Assembly (NCBI GenBank): GCA_052390515.1
Contig: JBQTGV010000138.1
Coordinates: 1 to 27,230, forward strand
Direction: 5' to 3'
Origin: Candidatus Eiseniibacteriota bacterium
GTDB lineage: Bacteria; ARS69
Length of the DNA: 27,230 bases
Under the pieces are notes generated by a model that saw only the letters and a list, made by a program, of their open reading frames with translations, did not search any database and had not been told where the DNA came from. This document shows, piece by piece, positions 15,501 through 23,129 of the stretch. Within the stretch, counting starts at the first letter, position 1. Every line of letters begins with the position of its first letter. The position numbers were made by a program, and so were the translations under genes.

Positions 15501-17708
15501 CACGTCCGCCTCGTCGTCGTGACGCACGGAGCGCAGGACGTGTGGGGGACGGAGGAGCTCGTGCCGGAGCGGGCCGCCGCGGCCGCCGCGTGTCGCGTGA
15601 TCTCCCGGGAGATGCCGGACATCGCTGCCCGATGCATCGACGTCGAGAACGGTCGGCTCGATTCGCCGGAGCGCATCGACGCGCTGGTCGCCGAGGCACT
15701 CTCCGGCGAGACGGATCCGCTCGTCGCTCACCGGGGTGGCTACCGCTGGTTGCCCGCGCTCGAACCGGTGCGCATCGAGGCGGGAGAGGCGGCCGGGTCG
15801 GCTCCTCCGCTCGGCGCGTGGATCGTGACCGGCGGCCTGGGCGGCCTCGGCCTGGAGATCGCCGCGCACCTGGCGCGCAAGCAGCGGGCCAAGCTCGTGC
15901 TCGTGTCTCGCCGGGGTCCCGACGCCGAGCGACTTCGCCGCGTGGCCGAAATCGAATCGCTCGGCGGCGAGGTCGAGATCGTGCGCGGGGACGTGTCGCG
16001 CGCGGACGACATTGCGGCGACACTCGCGCGCGCGCGTGCTCGCTTCGGCAAGGTCCACGGCGTGATCCATGCGGCAGGCGTCGCCGGCGCGCACGCGCTC
16101 GAGGAGACGACGCGCACGACGGCCGCCCCCGTGCTTCTGCCGAAGATCGCCGGCGCGAAGCTCCTGGTGGCGGCCTGCGAGCGCGAGGGCTGCGAGCGCC
16201 TCGTGCTCTTCTCTTCGCTCGCGTCCCGCTTCGGCGGCGTGGGGCAGGGCGACTACGCCGCCGCGAACGCCGTCCTCGAGGCCATCGGAGCGGCGGCGGC
16301 GCGCCGATCGTCGTGCGCGGTGACGGTCGTCGGCTGGGACGCCTGGTCAGGCGTCGGCATGGGGACGGTCGCGGGGCCGTTCTCGTCGGAGGAGGGGCAT
16401 GCCGAGCGGCTCCGCGGCGCGCTCACGCCGGCGGAGGGCGTCGAGGCCTTCGCGCGGATCCTCCGCGCCGGGCACGGCCACGTGCTCGTGTCCACCCGCG
16501 ATCTCACCGCGGGATTCGAGGGCACGATGCCGCCGGACGAGTCTCGGCGCGCGTCCGGTCCAGCGCCGACCGCGCCGGATCCCGGCGTGGAACTCGCCGG
16601 CCGGGAACGGGTCGTCGGCGAAGTGTGGCGCGAGCTGCTCGGCGTCGACCGCATCGGTCCGCAGGACGACTTCTTCGCGCTCGGCGGTCACTCCCTCCTC
16701 GCCACGCAGATGCTCAATCGTCTGCGAAGGAGGCTGCCCGGCGTGGACGTCAAGCTCGAGGACGTGTTCCGCGCGCCGACCGTGGCGGGACTCGCGGCTC
16801 GGATCGAGGCGGCGGAGGCGGCGGCAGGGTCCGCGGCGAAGTCCGCACCTTCGCCGAGCCGGGCGCCCGCCGGCGAGGCAGCGGGCATCCGGGGCGTGGT
16901 CCTCGTGCTGTGCACGCCGCGCTCCGGCTCGACGCTCTTCCGGCTCATGCTGTCGGGCCACCCACAGCTCTTCTGTCCGCCGGAGCTCTGGCTTCTCGGC
17001 CACGCGACGCTGTCGGAGTGGAGCCGGGATCCGTTCTCCGTCGTGTACCGGGACGGCTTGGTTCGCGCCTTCGCCGGTCTGGACGGCGGACGGGAGCCGG
17101 CGCCGCAGGAGCTGGTCGAAGAGCTCGTCCGCCGCGGGATGCCGGTGGCCGACGTGTACCGGATGCTCCGCGAGCGATCCGGCGGACGCATGCTGATCGA
17201 CAAGACGCCCGGGTACGTCCTCGATCGGGCCGCTCTCGCACAGGCCGAGCGGGTCTTCCACGAGGCGCGCTACGTGCATCTCGTCAGGCATCCGCTCGCG
17301 TCCATCGAGTCGTTCGTGCGCTCCCGCTTCGACCGGTTCCTCGAGGAGCGCGGCGATCCGCGGGAGATCGCGGAGCGCACCTGGGCCGACGGCAACGGGA
17401 ACGCGCTCGAGTTCCGCGCGGCGCTGCCTCCAGGGCGGCACCTGCTGGTCCGCTACGAAGCGCTCGTTCGCACGCCGGTGGCCGTGATGCAGGAAGTCTG
17501 CGCGTTCCTCGACGTGCCCTTCGACGAGGACGTGCTCCGGCCCTATGAGCGCGGGCGCATGTTCGAAGGTCCCGGTGATCCCGGCCTGCGCGCGCACGCC
17601 GGAATCGACCCCTCGCGCGCGGACGCATGGAAGACGGCGTCCGCGTCGGCCGTCGGGACGCGGACGCGGTCGCTCGCCGCCGCTCTCGGCTACGAGCTGC
17701 CCGCGTGA
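12534..17708 (+). CDS. Type I PKS module KS-AT-KR-ACP-sulfotransferase (1724 aa)
   Basis: KS 'VQSTCSTSL/EAHGTAT/NFGHLDAAAG' (hybrid NRPS-accepting type); AT 'GHSVGE' and 'HAFH' (malonyl); KR 'TGGLGGLG...GQGDYAAAN'; carrier 'FFALGGHSLL'; ST 'CTPRSGSTL', 'PPEL', 'DKTP', 'LVRHPLASIESF', 'RYEAL'. Confidence 0.95.
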   Translation: MSEAGTPRIAVVGMAGRFPGAPGIDELWILLRDGREPSVELSDAELLAAGVDPALLADPAYVKRAALLDGIDRFDARFFGYTPREAATMDPQHRLFLEAAWHALEDAGHGAEEDAGPVAVFAGESLDTYARNNLYPDRDFVASMEDLQALMSVDGAFLATRVAYHRNLTGPAVVVQSTCSTSLLAICQACQSLLQYGSDLAVAGGVSVRVPERRGYLYQPGGILSPDGRCRPFDARAAGTYFSNGVGAVVLRRLEDALADGDSIHAVIRGWAVNNDGASKVGYTAPSVEGQAAVIAMAQELAGVDPATIGCVEAHGTATALGDPIEVAALTRAFRGRSNRRGTCALGSVKSNFGHLDAAAGVAGFLKTVLSLKHGRIPPSLHFERPNPNIDFGAGPFFVNGRLAAWPDLGAPRRAGVSSFGIGGTNAHVVLEEAPPAAAVDPPSRPFELLVVSAKTEAALAAQAESLAGRLAAAPDVALADVAHTLQTGRRGFARRRAHVCRDAQDSERALRAARRGAPAAEATDRPDVAFLFPGQGAQYAGMGQGLRDAEPEFRRHVDECAAVLEPLLGLDIREAMLDGGRLTDTELAQPALFTVEYALARTWMKWGVHPAAMIGHSVGEYVAACLSGVMSPSDALSLIAARGKLMQRLPRGAMLAVPLSPEAASSRLDGGLALAASNAPELSVVSGPIPAVEALEVRLREEGIAGRRLHTSHAFHSAMMDPILEDFAREVRRAKLDAPRIPYVSNVTGRWVRPEEATDPAYWATHLRQTVRFSEGVAELLHRPVHLLLEVGPGRALGALAGHHRSAAVPAVAAVPSLRDARDPRSDVECLLDAAGRLWEAGVEIDWRAFRGGERRRRIPLPGYPFERERHWVEPRRGTGRSSTPRSDDAAGRFWIPSWRRSSVPPAPARVAERWLVIGGDDELTRRLTGALAGRGCEVIAGEGRAPNVLWTRSAPGEGVAAGSEDEELELAFFGPVLLARALAGSGEHVRLVVVTHGAQDVWGTEELVPERAAAAAACRVISREMPDIAARCIDVENGRLDSPERIDALVAEALSGETDPLVAHRGGYRWLPALEPVRIEAGEAAGSAPPLGAWIVTGGLGGLGLEIAAHLARKQRAKLVLVSRRGPDAERLRRVAEIESLGGEVEIVRGDVSRADDIAATLARARARFGKVHGVIHAAGVAGAHALEETTRTTAAPVLLPKIAGAKLLVAACEREGCERLVLFSSLASRFGGVGQGDYAAANAVLEAIGAAAARRSSCAVTVVGWDAWSGVGMGTVAGPFSSEEGHAERLRGALTPAEGVEAFARILRAGHGHVLVSTRDLTAGFEGTMPPDESRRASGPAPTAPDPGVELAGRERVVGEVWRELLGVDRIGPQDDFFALGGHSLLATQMLNRLRRRLPGVDVKLEDVFRAPTVAGLAARIEAAEAAAGSAAKSAPSPSRAPAGEAAGIRGVVLVLCTPRSGSTLFRLMLSGHPQLFCPPELWLLGHATLSEWSRDPFSVVYRDGLVRAFAGLDGGREPAPQELVEELVRRGMPVADVYRMLRERSGGRMLIDKTPGYVLDRAALAQAERVFHEARYVHLVRHPLASIESFVRSRFDRFLEERGDPREIAERTWADGNGNALEFRAALPPGRHLLVRYEALVRTPVAVMQEVCAFLDVPFDEDVLRPYERGRMFEGPGDPGLRAHAGIDPSRADAWKTASASAVGTRTRSLAAALGYELPA

Positions 17709-20700
17709 CGGCTCGCCGAGCGCCGCTCTCGCTCGCCCAGCAGCGGCTATGGCTGCTCGAGCAGCTCGAGCCGGAAAGCCGCGCGTACCACATGCGAGCG
17801 GCGTTCCGCGTGCACGGCGAGATCGACGTCCACCGCCTCGAGCGAAGCGTCGCCGAGATCGTGAGACGCCACGAGCCGTTGCGTACGACGTTCGCGTCGG
17901 AAGGCGGCGAGCCGGTACAGGTGATCCACGAGTCGGTCGAGCATCGCATTCTGCTGGACGACCTGACCGGCGTGAACGCGGCGGACCAGGAGACGGAGCT
18001 GCAGCTCCGGATGACCCGCGAGGTGCGCCGCCCGTTCGACCTCGGGGAAGGCCCGCTCCTGCGCGTCGTGCTGTACCGGTGTGACGCGCGGAAGCACGTG
18101 TTGCTGATCGTCGTGCATCATCTCGTCGCCGACGGATGGTCGATGGGCCTCTTCGCCCGGGAGCTGGTCGACCTGAACGCGGCGCTCTCCGAGGGGCGGC
18201 CGTCCCCGTTGCGAGCGCTGCCGTTGACGTACTCGGAGCACGCCGCACGCCAGCGGGGCGAGATCGAGAGTGGCGCTCTCGACGAGCAGCTCTCCTGGTG
18301 GACGAGGCAGCTGGCCGGCGCGCCCGCTTCCACCGATCTTCCCACCGACCGGCCGCGCCCTCCGTCGCAGGGGCACCGCGCGGGGGTAGTGACCGGGAGG
18401 ATCCCGGCGGCGGAAGTCGCGGCGCTCGACCGGCTGGCGCGCGCCGAGGGCGTGACGCCTTTCATGGTGCTGCTCACCGCGGTCGCGCTGGTGGTGCACC
18501 GTCACACTGCTGCCACCGACGTCGTCCTCGGAACGCCCATCGCCAACCGGAACTGGGCGGACGTCGAGGAGCTCATCGGGTTCTTCGTGAACACGCTGGC
18601 GCTGCGCGTCGACCTCGCCCGGGATCCCACCTTCCGCGAGTTGCTGGCCCGCGTGCGCGCCACGGCGATCGACGCCTTCGATCGTCAGGATCTGCCCTTC
18701 GAGCGTCTGGTCGAGGAGCTGCGCCCGCCGCGCGATCCGAGCCGCACGCCGCTCTTCCAGGTGATGCTGCTCGTCCAGAACGTGCCGCTGCCGCGGCTCG
18801 AGGGAGGCGGGCTGCGCCTCGAGTACCTGGAGGTCGAGTGCGGGACGGCGCGCTTCGACCTGTCGCTATTCGCGCGGCGGGAAGCGGACGAGCTCGCGCT
18901 GCTGGCCGACTACGACGCGGACCTGTTCGACGAGGCGACGATCGAGCGGCTGCTCGCCCGGTTCCGGCGTGTGCTGGACCGCGCCTGCGCCGAACCGGAT
19001 CAGCGCATCGGCGACCTCGATCTCCTCGGCGCAGACGAACGGCGCCTGTTGGACGAGCTGAACCGGACGGAGGCGGAGTATCCCGAGGTCACCCTGGCGG
19101 ATCTCTTCGAGGCGCAGGCGGCGCGCACGCCGGAGGCGCCGGCGCTCGTGGACGGGGACGAGCGTCTGACCTTTGCCGAGCTGAACGCACGGGCGAATCG
19201 CCTGGCGCTCCGGCTGCGGAGGGAAGGTGTCGCCGGCGGAGACGTGGTCGCGGTGCGGCGCGAGCGATCGGCCGGCGCAGTGATCGCCCTGCTCGCCGCC
19301 ATGAAGGCGGGCGCCGCGTGGCTTCCGGTCGATCCTTCCTTCCCGGCGGAGCGCGTCGAGTTCATGCTGCGGGACGCGAAGCCGCGGGTAGTGCTCGGAG
19401 ACGACGAGGAGGACTCCATCGGCGAGCCGGCGACGAACCCCCCGCGAACGACGACGGCGGACGACGTGGCCTGGGTGCTGTACACCTCCGGCTCGACGGG
19501 CACGCCGAAGGGTGTGCTCGGACTGCACCGGGGTGCGGTGAACCGCATCGTCTGGGGCTGGCGGGAGCACCCCTTTCGACCGGGCGAGGTCGCCTGCCAC
19601 AAGACGCCGCTCGGGTTCGTGGACTCGGTGCAGGAGGTCCTCGGCCCGCTGCTCGCGGGCGTGCCGGTGGTGGTCGCGCGGGACGACACGGCCCGCGATC
19701 CGCGCGCGCTCGTGGAGGCGATGGCGCGGCACTCGGTGAGCCGGCTCGTCGTCGTGCCGTCGCTGCTGCGCGCGCTGCTCGACCTGCCGGGGGATCTGCG
19801 GGCGAAGCTGCCGGCACTGGCCCTCGTCATCAGCAGCGGGGAGCGCCTGACCGCGGACCTCATCGACGGGTTCCAGCGCAGGCTTCCGGGCACGCGGCTG
19901 GTCAACCTCTACGGATCCTCCGAGGTGTCCGCGGACGTGACCGCATGGGACGCACCGGCCCGCGGCGGCACCGGCGACGCGCTGCTCGGGAGGCCCATCG
20001 CCAACGCGCGCATCCACGTGCTGGACGAGCGCGGGCGTTCCGCGCCGATCGGCGTGCCCGGCGAGATCGTGGTCGGGGGCGCAGGTCTCGCGCGGGGGTA
20101 CCTCGGCCGTCCCGAGCTCACCGCGGAGCGTTTCGTCGCCGACCCCTTCGCCGGGCGTCCCGGAGAGCGGCTCTACCGCACCGGGGATCGTGGCCGGATC
20201 CGCGCCGACGGGAACCTCGAGTATCTTGGCCGGAGCGACCACCAGCTCAAGATCCGCGGTGTGCGCATCGAGCCGGGCGAGACCGAGGCGGCGCTCCTCG
20301 AGCACCCTGCCGTGCGAGAGGTCGTCGTCGGCGCACGGGAGCGTAGGTCCGGGGACCCGGATCTCGTAGCTTGGTTCGTGACCGACCGCGATCCGGCGCC
20401 GGTGTCCGAGGAGCTGCGCGCGTTCCTCGCGGCGAAGCTGCCGGCGTTCCTGGTGCCGAGCCTCTTCGTCCGAGTCGCCGATGTGCCGCGCACCCCGAGC
20501 GGCAAGGCGGACCGCGCGAAGCTCACGCTGCCGGAGGCAGCCGCGGGACCCGCAGCAGGCGACGTGCCGCGGACGCCCTTCGAGCAGCTCCTCGCGGAGA
20601 TCTGGCGGGAGGAGATCGGCATCGCCGCGGTGCGCACCGCGGACAACTTCTACGACGTCGGTGGACACTCGCTGCTCGCGGTCCGCGTAGTCGAGAAGCT

Positions 20701-20878
20701 GCGCGAGCGCAGCGGCATCCGGCTCCCACCGCGCGATCTCCTGCTGCAGACCCTCGGCCAGGTCGCGCGGCGCTGCGAGCAACGGGAGCGGGAGAGGTCG
20801 GCGCGCGCACCGACGCTCGGCCGAAAGCTCCTCGGTGCGGCGCGACGTCTCGCCGGGCGCGGGGGCGGCGATGCCTGA
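17705..20878 (+). CDS. NRPS module C-A-PCP (1057 aa), A domain beta-alanine-like, no TE
   Basis: GTG 17705 overlaps the PKS stop. C 'LSLAQQRLW...HHLVADG...IGFFVNTL'; A 'YTSGSTGTPKG', 'GFVDSVQE', 'NLYGSSEVSAD', 'YRTGD'; PCP 'NFYDVGGHSLL', followed only by a short basic tail. Confidence 0.95.
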   Translation: MTARRAPLSLAQQRLWLLEQLEPESRAYHMRAAFRVHGEIDVHRLERSVAEIVRRHEPLRTTFASEGGEPVQVIHESVEHRILLDDLTGVNAADQETELQLRMTREVRRPFDLGEGPLLRVVLYRCDARKHVLLIVVHHLVADGWSMGLFARELVDLNAALSEGRPSPLRALPLTYSEHAARQRGEIESGALDEQLSWWTRQLAGAPASTDLPTDRPRPPSQGHRAGVVTGRIPAAEVAALDRLARAEGVTPFMVLLTAVALVVHRHTAATDVVLGTPIANRNWADVEELIGFFVNTLALRVDLARDPTFRELLARVRATAIDAFDRQDLPFERLVEELRPPRDPSRTPLFQVMLLVQNVPLPRLEGGGLRLEYLEVECGTARFDLSLFARREADELALLADYDADLFDEATIERLLARFRRVLDRACAEPDQRIGDLDLLGADERRLLDELNRTEAEYPEVTLADLFEAQAARTPEAPALVDGDERLTFAELNARANRLALRLRREGVAGGDVVAVRRERSAGAVIALLAAMKAGAAWLPVDPSFPAERVEFMLRDAKPRVVLGDDEEDSIGEPATNPPRTTTADDVAWVLYTSGSTGTPKGVLGLHRGAVNRIVWGWREHPFRPGEVACHKTPLGFVDSVQEVLGPLLAGVPVVVARDDTARDPRALVEAMARHSVSRLVVVPSLLRALLDLPGDLRAKLPALALVISSGERLTADLIDGFQRRLPGTRLVNLYGSSEVSADVTAWDAPARGGTGDALLGRPIANARIHVLDERGRSAPIGVPGEIVVGGAGLARGYLGRPELTAERFVADPFAGRPGERLYRTGDRGRIRADGNLEYLGRSDHQLKIRGVRIEPGETEAALLEHPAVREVVVGARERRSGDPDLVAWFVTDRDPAPVSEELRAFLAAKLPAFLVPSLFVRVADVPRTPSGKADRAKLTLPEAAAGPAAGDVPRTPFEQLLAEIWREEIGIAAVRTADNFYDVGGHSLLAVRVVEKLRERSGIRLPPRDLLLQTLGQVARRCEQRERERSARAPTLGRKLLGAARRLAGRGGGDA

Positions 20879-21623
20879 CGGCGGACTCGACGTCTTCCGC
20901 TTCGGGTCGTCGGCGTCGCCGAAGCTGGGCTGCTTCCACCGGCCCGAGGTCGGCGCGGCGTCGCGGCGGACTGCCGTCGTTCTGTGTCCGCCGCTGGGGC
21001 ACGAGACCATCCGCTCGCACCGGGCATACCGGCGGCTCGCGGGCGAGCTCGCTGCGGCAGGGCACGCGGTCCTGCGCTTCGATCTCACCGGCACGGGCGA
21101 CTCGGCCGGAGGAGAAGAGCTCTGGGGCCTGGAGACGTGGACCGCCGACGTGGTCGACGCGATGGACGAGGTCCTGCGGCGCGGCTCCGGCGCGTCGTCG
21201 CTCTGCCTGGTCGGCGGCCGGCTCGGTGCGGCGCTCGCCGTGCGCGCGGCGGATCGGCGGCGCGACGTGGCGGCACTCGTCCTCTGGGACTCTCTGTTCT
21301 CGGGAAGAGATGCTCTCGCGGAGCTCGCCGCGGAGCACCGCCGGGTGGTGAGCACGGCGCACGTGAGCCGGAAGGCTCGAGCGGGGGCGAGCGGCGACAT
21401 GGAGTTTCTCGGATTCGAGCTGTCCGCCTCGTTTCGCCGGGAGCTCGAGGCGATGGAGGTCGCCGTGCCGGCCGGAGATTCGCCCGCGGTGCTGCAGGTG
21501 GCGACGACATCGTTCCCGGAGAGCGAATCGCCCTGGATGTGGATGGAGGACGTGGCTCGCGCGGTGCTTCCGGTGAGGGTGGTGCGGGAGATCACTTCGT
21601 GGGTCCGGGCACGGTGCCCGTGA
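20871..21623 (+). CDS. Alpha/beta-hydrolase-fold protein lacking a nucleophile (exosortase-A-associated hydrolase 2-like, 250 aa)
   Basis: 'VVLCPPLGHE', 'LRFDLTGTGDS', elbow 'LVGGRLGA' (Arg at the nucleophile site), 'LVLWD', 'EFLGFEL'; ATG 20871 overlaps the NRPS2 end. Confidence 0.8.
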   Translation: MPDGGLDVFRFGSSASPKLGCFHRPEVGAASRRTAVVLCPPLGHETIRSHRAYRRLAGELAAAGHAVLRFDLTGTGDSAGGEELWGLETWTADVVDAMDEVLRRGSGASSLCLVGGRLGAALAVRAADRRRDVAALVLWDSLFSGRDALAELAAEHRRVVSTAHVSRKARAGASGDMEFLGFELSASFRRELEAMEVAVPAGDSPAVLQVATTSFPESESPWMWMEDVARAVLPVRVVREITSWVRARCP

Positions 21624-22477
21624 GGGAGTCGGTGCGGCGGTTCGGGCCGGAGGGGTCTCTGGTCGGTGTCCTGACCGAACCGGCGTCCGGCGCCCGGGGA
21701 CTTCCCGCGGTGCTGCTGCTGAACTCGGGCATCGTGCATCGGGTCGGACCGAATCGTGTCCACGTGGCGATCGCGCGGCGCCTCGCCGCGGCCGGATACC
21801 CGGTGTTGCGATTCGACTTCTCCGGCGTGGGCGACTCGCCGGCGCGGGTCGATCATCTGCCGTTCGAGGAGAGCTCGGTCGAGGAGACCCGCGCGGCGAT
21901 GGATCACCTGTGCGACACGACGGGCACGGACCGCTTCGTGCTAGCCGGGATCTGCTCGGGCGCCGACGTCGCGCTGGTGACGGCGGGAGCGGACCGACGT
22001 GTCGCCGGTGTCGCGGCCGTCAACGCGCGACGCTTCGCCGCGTCCGACGAGACCTTCGCCGCCGTCCGAGAGCGCGCCGTGGCGAAGCACTACCGTCGCA
22101 TCGCGACGAGCGGCTCCTTCGGGGGGAAGAGCTTGGCGAAGCTCTCGCTCGGGCGGATGCGGTGGGGCGCCGTGCTCCGCGCGCTCGGGTCGCAGCTGCC
22201 GCGCCTCTCGACACCGTCGGCCGTGGGCTCGCACGGCCTCGCCCCGCTGCTCGATGCGGGCACGCCCATCTATTGCCTGCACTCCGAGGCGGACGAGGGG
22301 CTGGACCACCTGTACGCTCTGGCGGGCCGGGATCTCGGCGCGCTGCGCGCTTCGCCGGCGTTCCGCTTCGAGGTGATCGAGGGCGCGGATCACACGTTCA
22401 CGATGCGCTGGAGCCAGAACGTCCTGATCGAGTGCCTCGCAGGCTGGATGGAGGAGCGGTTCGGTCGTGTCGGATAG
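21620..22477 (+). CDS. Alpha/beta hydrolase with Cys nucleophile (exosortase-A-associated hydrolase 1-like, 285 aa)
   Basis: GTG 21620 (GTGA overlap). 'LNSGIVHRVGPNR', 'LRFDFSGVGDS', elbow 'AGICSGA', 'HSEADE', 'GADHTF' catalytic His. Confidence 0.85.
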   Translation: MRESVRRFGPEGSLVGVLTEPASGARGLPAVLLLNSGIVHRVGPNRVHVAIARRLAAAGYPVLRFDFSGVGDSPARVDHLPFEESSVEETRAAMDHLCDTTGTDRFVLAGICSGADVALVTAGADRRVAGVAAVNARRFAASDETFAAVRERAVAKHYRRIATSGSFGGKSLAKLSLGRMRWGAVLRALGSQLPRLSTPSAVGSHGLAPLLDAGTPIYCLHSEADEGLDHLYALAGRDLGALRASPAFRFEVIEGADHTFTMRWSQNVLIECLAGWMEERFGRVG

Positions 22478-23129
22478 CCTGACGGACGCGTTGCGCCCGC
22501 TTTTCCCGGCGGCGGTGGAAGTCGACGCCGGCGTTCCGGCGGGGATCCTGGGCCGGCTCTTCCCCGAGGAGGAGGCGCTCATCGCCCGCGCCGTGGAGAA
22601 GCGCAGGAGCGAGTTCCGCGCAGGCCGCATCCTCGCGCGGCGGGCGCTCTCGCGGCTCGGCGTGGCCGAGGTGCCGATCCTGGCGAAGGAGCGACGGCCG
22701 CTCTGGCCGGAGGGAATCGTCGGGTCGATCTCGCACGCGGACGGCTGCTGCGCGGTCGCCGTGGCGCGGCGCGGACCGATCCTGGGCGTCGGACTCGACG
22801 TGGAGGTCGAGGGCGCCGTGACGGAGAGGATCTTCGCCCGCATCGCCACGCCGGAGGAACGGGAGTGGATCCACGGCCGCGACGAGCCGCGGCGATGGGG
22901 CACGGTGATCTTCAGCGCGAAGGAGGCGTTCTACAAGAGCCTCGCGGCCGTGCACGAGACCTGGGTCGGCTTCCACGACGTGCGTGTCGAGGTCCAGGAC
23001 GCCGGGACGTTCCGCGTGACGCCGATCCGTGAGTCGGTGCGCGCGGCGGTCGCGGGGCGGGGACTCTCCGGGCGGTGGTGCGTCACCGGCCGCCGGGTGT
23101 TCGCCGCGCTGACGCTGAGCGAGGCCTGA
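22467..23129 (+). CDS. 4'-phosphopantetheinyl transferase (EntD/Sfp type, 220 aa)
   Basis: 'KRRSEFRAGR', 'PLWPEGIVGSISH', 'GLDVE', 'FSAKEAFYK'. Confidence 0.93.
   Translation: MSDSLTDALRPLFPAAVEVDAGVPAGILGRLFPEEEALIARAVEKRRSEFRAGRILARRALSRLGVAEVPILAKERRPLWPEGIVGSISHADGCCAVAVARRGPILGVGLDVEVEGAVTERIFARIATPEEREWIHGRDEPRRWGTVIFSAKEAFYKSLAAVHETWVGFHDVRVEVQDAGTFRVTPIRESVRAAVAGRGLSGRWCVTGRRVFAALTLSEA

Larger units (their letters stand above)
3545..23129 (+). other. Hybrid NRPS-PKS biosynthetic gene cluster/operon (11 genes)
   Basis: All genes are co-oriented, with gaps of 25, 9 and 7 bp and then overlaps of 4, 4, 8, 4, 8, 4 and 11 bp; bounded by a divergent gene upstream and a convergent gene downstream. 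Confidence 0.93.

Noticed and set aside
15820-16350. KR stereochemistry assignment
   Set aside because: Neither the B-type LDD nor the A-type Trp fingerprint is present ('HAAGVAGA', 'SRFGG'), so no call can be supported.
12534-17708. Olefin synthase or curacin-like terminal alkene module
   Set aside because: No FAAL-ACP loading and no fused TE; the KS is the hybrid type and an NRPS module follows.
3747-21907. Long antisense and alternative-frame ORFs (e.g. 3747-6212, 9161-11950, 12498-14834, 18866-21907)
   Set aside because: They are shadow ORFs expected from high-GC codon bias, carry no recognisable motifs and lie opposite well-supported genes.
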